Source of the DNA: a virus
IMG/VR virus record: IMGVR_UViG_3300042731_008125
Length of the DNA stretch: 14,616 nucleotides
Reading direction: 5' to 3' (one strand)
The notes beneath the pieces are model-generated. The model worked only from the letters and a program-made list of their open reading frames with translations, did no database searches and was not told where the DNA came from. The translations under genes were made by a program, and so were the position numbers. Positions within the stretch are counted from its first letter, which is position 1. Every line of letters starts with the position of its first letter. Below, in pieces: positions 1 through 7,958 of this stretch.

Positions 1-38
1 TTACGATGTTCTAAATGCAAGTATCGAGCTAAGATTAA

Positions 39-515
39 ATGATTGAAATTGCGATAGCTTGGGTTGCCGCCGTCATCTTCATAGAAGCTACTGTAGAAAT
101 AGAAGTACAGTCAGAATTATTCGAGGGGTTTAGGGCGAGGATGATCAAGATACCGGCGATTGGCTGGTATCTTCATGGGCTATTCAGTTGTGGATACTGC
201 CTATCTGTGTGGGTCAGCGCTCTGACGGCTCTGTTCGTTCCAGGTTCGCTGATCTCGTTATTCGATGACTCGGTGATTTATGGTATTCTTGGCAGCACAC
301 CGCTGGTCATAGCCGACTATCTGTTCAAAGTATTTGTGCTGCATAGGTTATCGAATATATGGCACGAAGTTGTATATAGATGGTTGGCAAGGATGCCTTA
401 TATCTTGGGCCTGAGGCCCACCGAATTCGAACCAGATACAATGGAGTTAGAAGCCGATGGCGCAGAGAAAGCTGCCGGAGATGCCGGAGATTCCGGACAG
501 GAAGATCGAGAGTGA
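39..515 (+). CDS. Polytopic membrane protein (3-4 predicted TM helices) with a CGYC-x-S-x-W motif inside a TM segment and an acidic C-terminal tail; possibly DUF1360-like
   Basis: ATG at 39 directly after an in-frame TAA. Hydrophobic stretches AIAWVAAVIFI, LHGLFSCGYCLSVWVSALTALFV and VIYGILGSTPLVIADYLF. The Cys-x-x-Cys-x-Ser-x-Trp pattern matches my recollection of DUF1360-type membrane proteins; this is a recollection, not a search result. Confidence 0.6.
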   Translation: MIEIAIAWVAAVIFIEATVEIEVQSELFEGFRARMIKIPAIGWYLHGLFSCGYCLSVWVSALTALFVPGSLISLFDDSVIYGILGSTPLVIADYLFKVFVLHRLSNIWHEVVYRWLARMPYILGLRPTEFEPDTMELEADGAEKAAGDAGDSGQEDRE

Positions 516-825
516 ATCTGAGCTGCGCGAATTATTAAAGACATATTTGCCAGGAAGCGATGCGCACGCTAGAAAGACTCTTATGGATGGCTTCGAAGCC
601 ATAAGGCATAAGAAAGAAGCTGAAGCATCGATTAAAGACATCGATCCAAAAGATTTTGGGGGTTATATTCCAGCACCACTAACAATCAACGCCGCCATTT
701 CGACTCTAGATAACTTTATAAGAAAGCGGATGGGAGGAGAACGAAAAGACCTGATTATAGAATGGCGCATCGGCGAATCCGTGTTGGTATTTGACCCGTG
801 GACAGGAGATCTGAGCAAGAAATGA
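457..825 (+). CDS. Hypothetical protein (122 aa)
   Basis: ATG at 457 with a weak GGAG 12 nt upstream. Overlaps the upstream gene by 59 nt, so the true start may be further in (in-frame Met near 580). The stop overlaps the next start (ATGA at 822-825). Confidence 0.45.
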   Translation: MAQRKLPEMPEIPDRKIESESELRELLKTYLPGSDAHARKTLMDGFEAIRHKKEAEASIKDIDPKDFGGYIPAPLTINAAISTLDNFIRKRMGGERKDLIIEWRIGESVLVFDPWTGDLSKK

Positions 826-998
826 TCGAAATCATCGAAACTCTGATCTTAGGGGTAGGAATCGCCGCTGGGTGGTTTTATCTGAGAACATTGCTCTCCG
901 GAGACTTAAGCAATAGATCGGTTTCGCGCTGGGCGCTCATCGTTGTTCCACAGGGCGTGTTTATAGCGTGGGCAATCAGAGTTCTTGGGATAATATGA
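822..998 (+). CDS. Small two-TM membrane protein (58 aa), holin-like in size and topology
   Basis: ATG at 822 overlaps the upstream TGA (ATGA). The track's 798 start is a GTG, so I prefer the ATG-coupled start. Two hydrophobic helices, LILGVGIAAGWFYL and ALIVVPQGVFIAWAI. Confidence 0.5.
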   Translation: MIEIIETLILGVGIAAGWFYLRTLLSGDLSNRSVSRWALIVVPQGVFIAWAIRVLGII

Positions 999-1300
999 TT
1001 AAGAATTTCCAAGTTGACTTAGCCTATTACAAACCCATACAAGAATGGGATGCTGCGATAGGTGATATTCTTGTATATCACGGGTGGATTTCCCATTGGT
1101 TTGGTGTTGTGTGCCAGATTAATCAAGATGGGTCTATTGAGGTGGCTAAAGCCGGAATGCCTCTGTTGCTGCTGACTATGAACAACACCAAAGTGAGCAA
1201 GTCAAAAGTCACACTCGACTTAGTCGATGTGAAATCCTCGACTGGCGGCAAATATGCCGCCCTCAAAAGCATTCAAAACACATTGGTCTGGCATGTCTGA
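995..1300 (+). CDS. Hypothetical protein (101 aa)
   Basis: ATG at 995 overlaps the upstream TGA at 996-998; the track's 968 start is a GTG. Contains GDILVYHGWISHWFGVV...GSIEVAKAG, vaguely reminiscent of the His-containing half of NlpC/P60 or CHAP folds, but there is no nucleophile Cys, so I assign no function. Confidence 0.5.
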   Translation: MIKNFQVDLAYYKPIQEWDAAIGDILVYHGWISHWFGVVCQINQDGSIEVAKAGMPLLLLTMNNTKVSKSKVTLDLVDVKSSTGGKYAALKSIQNTLVWHV

Positions 1301-1814
1301 AATCCCAGCATTACTACCATATCCCAAAATCCTACCATTAGATGAAGTCCCAGAGCTTGATGGCAGGCTAGTGTACGTTATCGAAGGATATGCCCTAGAT
1401 GGTGTGGCTATCCTATTATTCTTCCACGAAGGCAATATGGGAGCCAAATTCGGGGATTTCGACGGAAATCCAATCAACCCAGGAGATATCGATTTCATAG
1501 ATGCCTCGCTATTTGTTGAAAAACTGTCCGAGTTAATGGTGAGAGCACGCATTCGTCAAGCAATTTTCTACGTATCAGAAAGCGGCGTGCTGGTTGACAT
1601 TAGGATTTCTTTAAATGTTATGACCGGACCTGGAATGCTCAAAGATTTATGTGGAAAAATACTTCCAACACAGAAAATCATAGATATCAAACCGCTAGAC
1701 GAAGAATTAAAAGAAACAATCGAAAAAGAAGACTATATTATCTTAAAGCATAGTTCATTCAAAGTTATTACTAGAGGAGATGAGATGGTTCCGCTCTATG
1801 CGACGAAGAGGTAA
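1293..1814 (+). CDS. Hypothetical protein (about 173 aa; an alternative ATG start at 1254 gives 186 aa)
   Basis: Long ORF. The ATG at 1293 lies 5 nt before the upstream stop, a translational-coupling geometry. The ATG at 1254 would overlap the upstream gene by 47 nt. No SD for either start. Confidence 0.5.
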   Translation: MSEIPALLPYPKILPLDEVPELDGRLVYVIEGYALDGVAILLFFHEGNMGAKFGDFDGNPINPGDIDFIDASLFVEKLSELMVRARIRQAIFYVSESGVLVDIRISLNVMTGPGMLKDLCGKILPTQKIIDIKPLDEELKETIEKEDYIILKHSSFKVITRGDEMVPLYATKR

Positions 1815-1817
1815 GAG

Positions 1818-2282
1818 ATGAAGAGGAAAGATCTGTCATCGGTCCAGCGCAGGCTCCTCAGGGAGCAAGAAGAACTAGAGCTCGACATGGGCGAAGAGGA
1901 AGAGGCACCTGAAAAGGCCCCAGAAGAAGCAGAAGCCCCCGAAGAAGGCGAAGAATTGGAGCTCGAACCGGAAGAGGAGGGAGAAGCCGCGCTGGATGAA
2001 ATCCCCGTCGAAGACGAGGTAGAAGAGGACGAAGATAAGACCAAGCTGTTGACGACGACCATCGACAGCCTAGAACAGATAAGGTCTGACCTCAACAAAA
2101 AGGGCCTACTAGTCGCCATGCAGATGAGCGATTTCTCGACCCAAAGGCGCATGCAGTCCATCTCAGATGAGCTAGGTGAGATCATAAATCACTTGAACGA
2201 AAAGATGCTCAAGACGGTGGCTAAATCGCCCATGGAGCTACAGCAGGCGACCGATTGGCTGGCCGGAGGTGCGCCAGAATGA
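1818..2282 (+). CDS. Extremely acidic Glu-rich protein (154 aa): N-terminal basic patch, about 70 aa of E/P/A/L low-complexity, C-terminal helical region
   Basis: GAGGT 6 nt upstream of ATG at 1818. Composition EEEEAPEKAPEEAEAPEEGEELELEPEEEGE; the charge distribution is typical of DNA-mimic, scaffold or chaperone-like proteins. Confidence 0.65.
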   Translation: MKRKDLSSVQRRLLREQEELELDMGEEEEAPEKAPEEAEAPEEGEELELEPEEEGEAALDEIPVEDEVEEDEDKTKLLTTTIDSLEQIRSDLNKKGLLVAMQMSDFSTQRRMQSISDELGEIINHLNEKMLKTVAKSPMELQQATDWLAGGAPE

Positions 2283-2665
2283 AACTAGACGTATTACATG
2301 AAACAGTTTTGGTGGGGGCTGTGGCTTTTAAGCCCAATGTCCTTGGAAAACCATTCGGTGGCATAGAGGTATCAAGGCCACGTGGGAAACAGAAATGGTA
2401 TCTCGCTTTCTCGTCTGACGATCCCATTGAAGGGCTGATGGAAGACGACGATCCCAAGGGCGGTTCTAAAGTCAAGACCCAATTTGGCAAGCAAACCACC
2501 AAACCCAAGACACTCGTCTGGCAACCGGAAGAAGGCCAAGGCCGAGATCTAACCAACAAATCTCTATATGTTCCGCCTGGAACCAAAAAAGCAAAGGGAT
2601 ATACATGGCCACGAACAACTTTTCATGGCCAGTCCGAGGGGCATGCTGATCACATCTTAAAGTAG
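2279..2665 (+). CDS. Hypothetical Lys-rich protein (128 aa)
   Basis: ATG at 2279 overlaps the upstream TGA (ATGA), with GGAGGT about 10 nt upstream. The track's 2255 start is a TTG. Confidence 0.55.
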   Translation: MKLDVLHETVLVGAVAFKPNVLGKPFGGIEVSRPRGKQKWYLAFSSDDPIEGLMEDDDPKGGSKVKTQFGKQTTKPKTLVWQPEEGQGRDLTNKSLYVPPGTKKAKGYTWPRTTFHGQSEGHADHILK

Positions 2666-2703
2666 CCAAAGATAAATAAATCTGGCGTTATTTAAGGTAC
2701 AAA

Positions 2704-4626
2704 ATGTCTCGACTGGTAGAATATGTAAACCCGCACCCCTACACCGTCCAGATTGCTGGTCCCAACAAAGAAGTCATCAGAGTCAACAAGTTCACAAAAG
2801 TAGTCTTATCAGACTGGTTCATCGACCGCTATACTCCAAAATTCCTCCGTGTAGTTAGAATATTATCTGAAGGAGGACAGCAATCTCTTGGGGCTATGCT
2901 GACCAAACACGAACCGAAGAAGAAAGTCAAGCTGCTTGGGTCGTCCGCTCAAAAGAGGGTTGTAGTGAAAAGGAAAGAACGTGTCGCAGGGCAAGCACAA
3001 GGAGTGCGCAGCGGGCGCAGTGTCAAAGATCGCCGTCTCTACCGAAGAAGAAATACCATTGTCGGAAAGGCCCTAGCCCACGCCTCAGAATTATACAACC
3101 AAGCAATCCAGGATGTTTTTGTGCCCGTAAGCAATGGCATCGGGATTGGGATTCTCAGTTTTAATAGATTGCCGTCCTTGCAGAGACTGGTCAACTCGAT
3201 AAGAAAATTCACAGACTTATCTAGAACGACAGTTTTCGTCAGCGATGACGGATCTGACAACCAAGTCAAAGAATGGTTATCCCATCAACACGATATAGTA
3301 GCCATAACCAACAGAAACAGGATTGGGATTTCCGGAAACACCAACAGATTGTTGAGGTGTCTGGCTAGATTTAAGAACAAGATACTTCTAAACGACGACG
3401 TCGAAGTATTGGCTTCTGGTTGGGAACGTTTCTATACTGATGCAATGCAGAGGAGCGGGTTTCACCATTTCTGCTTCAGGCAGCCAGGGTTGTATGGCGC
3501 TGGCCAGAAAGACGGCGCACAGTCGCGAAAAGCTGGCGTGACGATCAACACCATTACAGAAAAGCCACATGGCGCTGTCTTGGCTTTCGATGATCTGGCA
3601 TTTGAAAAAGTAGGTTTCTTTGATGAGAGTCTAGACCAGTATGGCATGGAACATGTCGATTGGTCTAACAGGATTGGGCTCTCTGGGATCCAGCCACCAG
3701 GATTCCATGACGTGGCTGGCTCTGATGCATATTTCGCGATCCACAGAGAAAAGTCCGCATTACCCCAAAAGGGGCGTTTCTTAAGAGAGAATAGAGCTCG
3801 CTACGAGAGTTTGAAGGGCAACAAAAGTCGAATCTATGTAAAGGCGTCCACGAAATCCATGGTACCCAAGGTAACAATTGTAACGCCGATAAGGGATGTT
3901 GGCAGATCAGATAGCATAAGAACCGTCTTAAACAATATACGTGCTCAGAGGTTCCCCGCAATAGAAATGATCCTAGTTGAGCAGGATTTCGAGAAGAAGT
4001 TTCATCTAGGGCAAGCAGAACCGATTAAGTATATCTTCGTGCCTAGTCATTCTCCAAATCAAGATTTCAATAAGTCAAAAGCCTTCAATACCGCAATGCA
4101 AGATGTCACATCGGAGTTCGTAATACTACATGATGCTGATATTGTGGTACAAGCAGACTATGTTAAGAAAGTTATGGATATTCTTAAAGACTTTGAGGGC
4201 TGTCACATAGGCGCAAGGGTCATGTATCTAGACACGCAGTCCACGGCACAAATGTGCCATAGCGGCAATCTAGACCGCTCATACACATGCGAAAGGGCAG
4301 TCGGCTATTTTGAAGGCGGCTCAATCGGATTCAGGACGTCAGCCTACTTTACGGTTGGCGGTTTTAACGAAGCGTATGAAGGATACGGGTGCGAAGATTG
4401 TGATTACTTCGAAAGGCTGAGGGATAATACTCGTTTCTTTAACCAAAGATCTATAGATATGTTCCATCTTTGGCATTCTAGAATACCAGGATGGGTAGAC
4501 AGACATAAAACAAACAAGAAACTGGCAGAAAATATCCTGCGTACTATGAAAGGCCAGACCTACCTTACCCATCTAAAGACACAAATGCAAACCAAATACC
4601 CAGCGTCCAAGAAATACTATGTCTAA
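2704..4626 (+). CDS. Two-domain GT-A glycosyltransferase (640 aa). N-terminal basic K/R-rich segment, then a GT2-like domain, then a beta-1,4-galactosyl/GalNAc-transferase-like (GT7/beta4GalT-fold) domain
   Basis: AAGGT upstream of ATG at 2704. Domain 1 has ILSFNR...VFVSDDGSD...LLNDDVEV, GT2 signatures including the DxD. Domain 2 has NQDFNKSKAFNTAMQDV (cf. FNRAKLLNVG), ILHDADIV (DxD) and YFEGGSIGF...GGFNEAYEGYGCEDCDYFERL (cf. the WGGEDDD region of beta4GalT and chondroitin-synthase C-domains). Confidence 0.85.
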   Translation: MSRLVEYVNPHPYTVQIAGPNKEVIRVNKFTKVVLSDWFIDRYTPKFLRVVRILSEGGQQSLGAMLTKHEPKKKVKLLGSSAQKRVVVKRKERVAGQAQGVRSGRSVKDRRLYRRRNTIVGKALAHASELYNQAIQDVFVPVSNGIGIGILSFNRLPSLQRLVNSIRKFTDLSRTTVFVSDDGSDNQVKEWLSHQHDIVAITNRNRIGISGNTNRLLRCLARFKNKILLNDDVEVLASGWERFYTDAMQRSGFHHFCFRQPGLYGAGQKDGAQSRKAGVTINTITEKPHGAVLAFDDLAFEKVGFFDESLDQYGMEHVDWSNRIGLSGIQPPGFHDVAGSDAYFAIHREKSALPQKGRFLRENRARYESLKGNKSRIYVKASTKSMVPKVTIVTPIRDVGRSDSIRTVLNNIRAQRFPAIEMILVEQDFEKKFHLGQAEPIKYIFVPSHSPNQDFNKSKAFNTAMQDVTSEFVILHDADIVVQADYVKKVMDILKDFEGCHIGARVMYLDTQSTAQMCHSGNLDRSYTCERAVGYFEGGSIGFRTSAYFTVGGFNEAYEGYGCEDCDYFERLRDNTRFFNQRSIDMFHLWHSRIPGWVDRHKTNKKLAENILRTMKGQTYLTHLKTQMQTKYPASKKYYV

Positions 4627-5632
4627 GAAGCTAACGGTATTCATAACAAACTCAAAATCAGGTGCATTTTTCGAGATATCTAAAGGATGGAAGAATGCGC
4701 TGATCTTTGGCGGCCATAAGGCCATCCATTGGGACGGCGATATAAGCACCTGGCAACAATACAAACCAGATATTTATATCGGGTGCTCTGGATGGAAACA
4801 AAAATTACCTCCCAATCACAACGCCAAAGTCGCCATCCATGTCAACCCCTACTGCGATACGGTGATCCAGGTACCCGGTGGCCCTGTAATCAATGAACCG
4901 AAGCAGGCAATCGATTGGACCGTATCGCAAAAGCCCAAGTTCGTTTTTGGTTATGGCCTTCAGGACGATATGAATCAATGGTGGTACAAATGGAAAAGAG
5001 ACTGCGGCATTGATATGGTAGGGATGCCAAATGCGGCAGATATCACGATATATAAACCACAACCAGCCACGCCTAGTCTGATATGCGACGTTGGATGGGT
5101 TGGCGGCTACTGGGGCTATAAAGCTATAAATCTAGACAAATATATCGTCCCGGTAGTAAAAAGGTTCAAATCGATATGGTTCGGGTGGAGCGGCCCAAAA
5201 GGCTTGTGGAGAGGTACTGCCACCCAGAACAAAATAACCGCTCTTTTCAACTCAGCCAAGATATGTCCATGCGTGGTCGAGCCACACACAACTACCTACG
5301 GCATTGACATCCCAGAACGATTGTTCAAAGTGGCTGCGTGTAATGCACTAGCCGTATCCGACCCTGTATTGGGACTGAATCGCTATTTCTCACCAGACAT
5401 ATTACCGACAGCCAGCGATCCTGACCATTACATGCAACTATGTGAGCGGTACATCCACATGGACGCGGATAGCCGAAAGGCACAGGCTGCCAAACTAAGA
5501 CGAGCGGTACTCGCAGACCATACTTATCTGAATAGAATTAGGACGTTCTTGTACGAATTTGGGTATTATGAACAGTCAGACGAATATGATGCTCTTATAG
5601 CCAAGGCTGCTGGAGAGACAGTAGCCAGGTAG
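4619..5632 (+). CDS. GT-B fold glycosyltransferase, CgeB-like (Glyco_trans_1_2 / DUF3880-type), 337 aa
   Basis: ATG at 4619 overlaps the upstream stop by 8 nt. The C-terminal region ERLFKVAACNALAVSD...LRRAVLADHTYLNRIRTFL matches the conserved R-x-FE-ala-cG...eHTy-x-R end of CgeB-family GT-B enzymes, as I remember it. Confidence 0.65.
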   Translation: MSKKLTVFITNSKSGAFFEISKGWKNALIFGGHKAIHWDGDISTWQQYKPDIYIGCSGWKQKLPPNHNAKVAIHVNPYCDTVIQVPGGPVINEPKQAIDWTVSQKPKFVFGYGLQDDMNQWWYKWKRDCGIDMVGMPNAADITIYKPQPATPSLICDVGWVGGYWGYKAINLDKYIVPVVKRFKSIWFGWSGPKGLWRGTATQNKITALFNSAKICPCVVEPHTTTYGIDIPERLFKVAACNALAVSDPVLGLNRYFSPDILPTASDPDHYMQLCERYIHMDADSRKAQAAKLRRAVLADHTYLNRIRTFLYEFGYYEQSDEYDALIAKAAGETVAR

Positions 5633-5975
5633 ACACGCCAGGTTCGGCCTTTGTGGCGCACTTTAAAATAAAATTCTTGAATGGTATCCCTACTATCGAC
5701 TTATCTAGCTTGGTTATCCATGGTTGGTATTTTTCTAGCAGAACATATTCATCCAGATTATTGGCTTCATGCTTCGGCCAGATTTTGACATCCTTGGTAC
5801 GCCACTCTACAGAGATAGTCTGATCATCTCTTGTAACACAGATCACTAATTTGAGAGTCAGTATAGCGGATTTCTCCTCCTCGGGGAATTTAGTCGTCGC
5901 TCGGCCAACCACAACTACTCCGACGCCATCTGGTTGGCCTTCGAATGTCATTTCTTTTGAATACCACTCGATCAT
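5595..5975 (-). CDS. Hypothetical protein on the minus strand (127 aa from ATG at 5975; the track's longer version starts at a GTG at 6041)
   Basis: An ORF with plausible globular composition, but it lies antisense inside a + strand block, overlaps the end of the upstream GT gene by 38 nt and has only a weak SD. A 188 aa antisense ORF inside the MVP gene shows that long spurious ORFs do occur here. If this one is spurious, 5633-5999 is a 367 bp non-coding gap. Confidence 0.35.
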   Translation of the reverse strand: MIEWYSKEMTFEGQPDGVGVVVVGRATTKFPEEEKSAILTLKLVICVTRDDQTISVEWRTKDVKIWPKHEANNLDEYVLLEKYQPWITKLDKSIVGIPFKNFILKCATKAEPGVSTWLLSLQQPWL

Positions 5976-5999
5976 CGGTCTATCCGTATTTAACCACCA

Positions 6000-6626
6000 A
6001 TGGAAAAAAAGCGTAAAAAAAGACCACCAGACAATAGACACAGGTGTTGCGTTGGATCCTGCAATAGAAACACAACTATATTTTATTTAAAGAACTATCC
6101 GATTTGTGACAAACATTGGGACCTCGATTGCGACCATAAATTCAAATACAAACATTTTAGGACGCTTAGAGAATACTTAGGATTCCCGCCGATACCAAAA
6201 CCCAAGGGTTACGAACATATTAAAGGTGAAGAAGAAGACTGCCTTGCATACCATGCTGAGATTCAAATAGACGTAGAAACTAACGTGCCGGTGGTCATGT
6301 CAGAGGAACTCACTCTGTGGCAACCCGAATCACCGCCCAAACAACCACAGCAGACAGATGTTAAATGGAATGGCAAGAAAGAAGACCCACTGGAGCTTTA
6401 TATAACAATTAAAGATACCAATATAGTTTTATTGAGAGCTATGGGTATTGCTGTTAAATTCTCATCGGAGAAGGCTATCAAAGCCGCCATGGGCAAATTA
6501 CAAAATTTATTAGATACTGGTCTTACTACTCTACCCCTTCGGATGCAAAAAGCTTTCAAGAAAAGCAAATTCTGGAAAATCAACGAAAATTGTCAGGAGC
6601 AAATAGAGGCTGCCAATGGGAACTGA
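6000..6626 (+). CDS. Hypothetical protein (208 aa) with a very basic N-terminus (KKRKKRPP) followed by a Cys/His cluster (CCVGSC...CDKHWDLDCDH); possible zinc-binding nucleic-acid-binding protein
   Basis: ATG at 6000. No clear SD. The Cys/His spacing suggests a metal-binding module. Confidence 0.55.
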   Translation: MEKKRKKRPPDNRHRCCVGSCNRNTTIFYLKNYPICDKHWDLDCDHKFKYKHFRTLREYLGFPPIPKPKGYEHIKGEEEDCLAYHAEIQIDVETNVPVVMSEELTLWQPESPPKQPQQTDVKWNGKKEDPLELYITIKDTNIVLLRAMGIAVKFSSEKAIKAAMGKLQNLLDTGLTTLPLRMQKAFKKSKFWKINENCQEQIEAANGN

Positions 6627-7026
6627 GCGTACATATAAGAAAGGTGACAGAATAAAAGTACAAAGCCATCGCGTCAAAGTGGGAGACGTAACGATGGTTG
6701 TTGAGAGTTTTTGCGGGACTTTCCTGAAAGAATTCGTTGGTTCAGATGGCAAAACATACGTCGACTTATGGGGCGAAGGGCAATACCCAGGACAACGAGC
6801 GATCCAAAAACAATTTGTTCATGGTCACGACGAACCCATCGACGCACCAGAATATGATGGAGAGAATTATATAATCAGGTGCCAAGAATGTGGTGATTCG
6901 AGAGAGATCAAACCACAGCATCTGGGACAAGTTTTGCGATGCAAGAGGTGTCAGAAAAAGCATAATAGAGAGATGGCCAAGAAACGAGCCAAAAGGAGGT
7001 ATCGTGATAAAGAAAGCTCAGTTTAG
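6616..7026 (+). CDS. Zinc-ribbon protein (136 aa) with a basic C-terminal tail
   Basis: ATG at 6616 overlaps the upstream stop. Motif CQECG...(16 aa)...CKRCQ, followed by KKHNREMAKKRAKRRYRDK. Confidence 0.6.
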   Translation: MGTERTYKKGDRIKVQSHRVKVGDVTMVVESFCGTFLKEFVGSDGKTYVDLWGEGQYPGQRAIQKQFVHGHDEPIDAPEYDGENYIIRCQECGDSREIKPQHLGQVLRCKRCQKKHNREMAKKRAKRRYRDKESSV

Positions 7027-7192
7027 AGATGATAGAGGTGTCTGGCAAGACATGCCAATTACTGATTTCAGATTGACCCCAGAAGTGGTAGCGTTCGAAT
7101 CTGCCAAAAAAGGACTACAGACGAGAGTCATTCAATATAAGCCAGACGGCTCTTTCGATGTCGTCAAACGATACAGACAACAAATGAGGTAA
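7004..7192 (+). CDS. Small hypothetical protein (about 62 aa from the GTG at 7004; alternative ATG at 7052)
   Basis: AAGGAGG lies 4 nt upstream of the GTG at 7004. The ORF continues to 7192, directly before the next gene's SD. The track's start at 6890 is a GTG deep inside the upstream gene. Confidence 0.4.
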   Translation: MIKKAQFRDDRGVWQDMPITDFRLTPEVVAFESAKKGLQTRVIQYKPDGSFDVVKRYRQQMR

Positions 7193-7194
7193 CA

Positions 7195-7563
7195 ATGGAC
7201 ACCAAAATAGACATTGAGCTCCAAAAGAAACTTTCTGATCTGCTTGGCAGAGAGAAAGCCAAAGAAGTCAGAAATTTGTTGGTCGAGTACGGGATAGAGG
7301 TAATAACTGGGCTGGGCAGCGTCGACGTCGATCTACCTGGTCTAAAAATCACAGGAATGGCCTCTGATGGCACCGTAGCTAGACATCACCCAATCAGACA
7401 ACACCAATTCGTATGCAAGATCAATGGACAATCACTACTCAATCTCCAACGAGTAGAATTGGACCCCTTTGACTATAACAGCGGAGAGCTGTTCCAAGCC
7501 AAAATTACATTGATTCCAGGTCTATCGAAAGAGACGTTTAAACCCATAGGAGGCAATTCATGA
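7195..7563 (+). CDS. Hypothetical protein (122 aa)
   Basis: GAGGT 4 nt upstream of ATG at 7195. The stop overlaps the next start (ATGA). Confidence 0.6.
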   Translation: MDTKIDIELQKKLSDLLGREKAKEVRNLLVEYGIEVITGLGSVDVDLPGLKITGMASDGTVARHHPIRQHQFVCKINGQSLLNLQRVELDPFDYNSGELFQAKITLIPGLSKETFKPIGGNS

Positions 7564-7958
7564 GGGACGTAGGACTGGTCAACATCTTGTGCGAGAATGA
7601 ACTCATCATTGCACAGGCAGTCGATATAGACCAAAACCTGTACCGATCTCTAAACGTCACAATGGGGCCCGTCAACGTATTCGATGTGATAGAAGCTAAG
7701 AAGAATGAGAATGGAATTCTAGAATACGTCACTGTTGTTGAAGAAGGCGTCCCACATAAGGAACTATTCTTCTTCAAGGACCAAGACAGCTGGACAGCGA
7801 TTTGCGTCAAAGCGGCTGACCACAAAGATCTCTGCGTTGTACAGGGATTGGCTATGCCCAAGGGGCCGCAACCCGGTGTGGTCGCGATCGCATACGAGGC
7901 TGACTTCAACCCCGTCGAGGCATTCGGTGACTTAATCCAACAAATGCCTGAGGAATAA
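7560..7958 (+). CDS. Hypothetical protein (132 aa)
   Basis: AGGAGG 6 nt upstream of ATG at 7560. The stop TAA overlaps the next ATG (TAATG). Confidence 0.6.
   Translation: MRDVGLVNILCENELIIAQAVDIDQNLYRSLNVTMGPVNVFDVIEAKKNENGILEYVTVVEEGVPHKELFFFKDQDSWTAICVKAADHKDLCVVQGLAMPKGPQPGVVAIAYEADFNPVEAFGDLIQQMPEE

Noticed and set aside
1220-2185. Minus-strand ORFs 1220-1552 (110 aa) and 1796-2185 (129 aa, Ser-rich)
   Set aside because: They are antisense shadows of the + strand genes. The Ser-rich one is simply the complement of the Glu-rich GAA/GAG codon run.
2221-4572. Assorted 60-121 aa minus-strand ORFs (2221-2586, 2472-2669, 3039-3269, 3388-3570, 3462-3647, 3665-3961, 4339-4572)
   Set aside because: All lie antisense within well-supported + strand genes, either the GT-A enzyme or its upstream neighbour. 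They have no SDs, and their proline/serine/arginine-rich compositions are typical of shadow ORFs.
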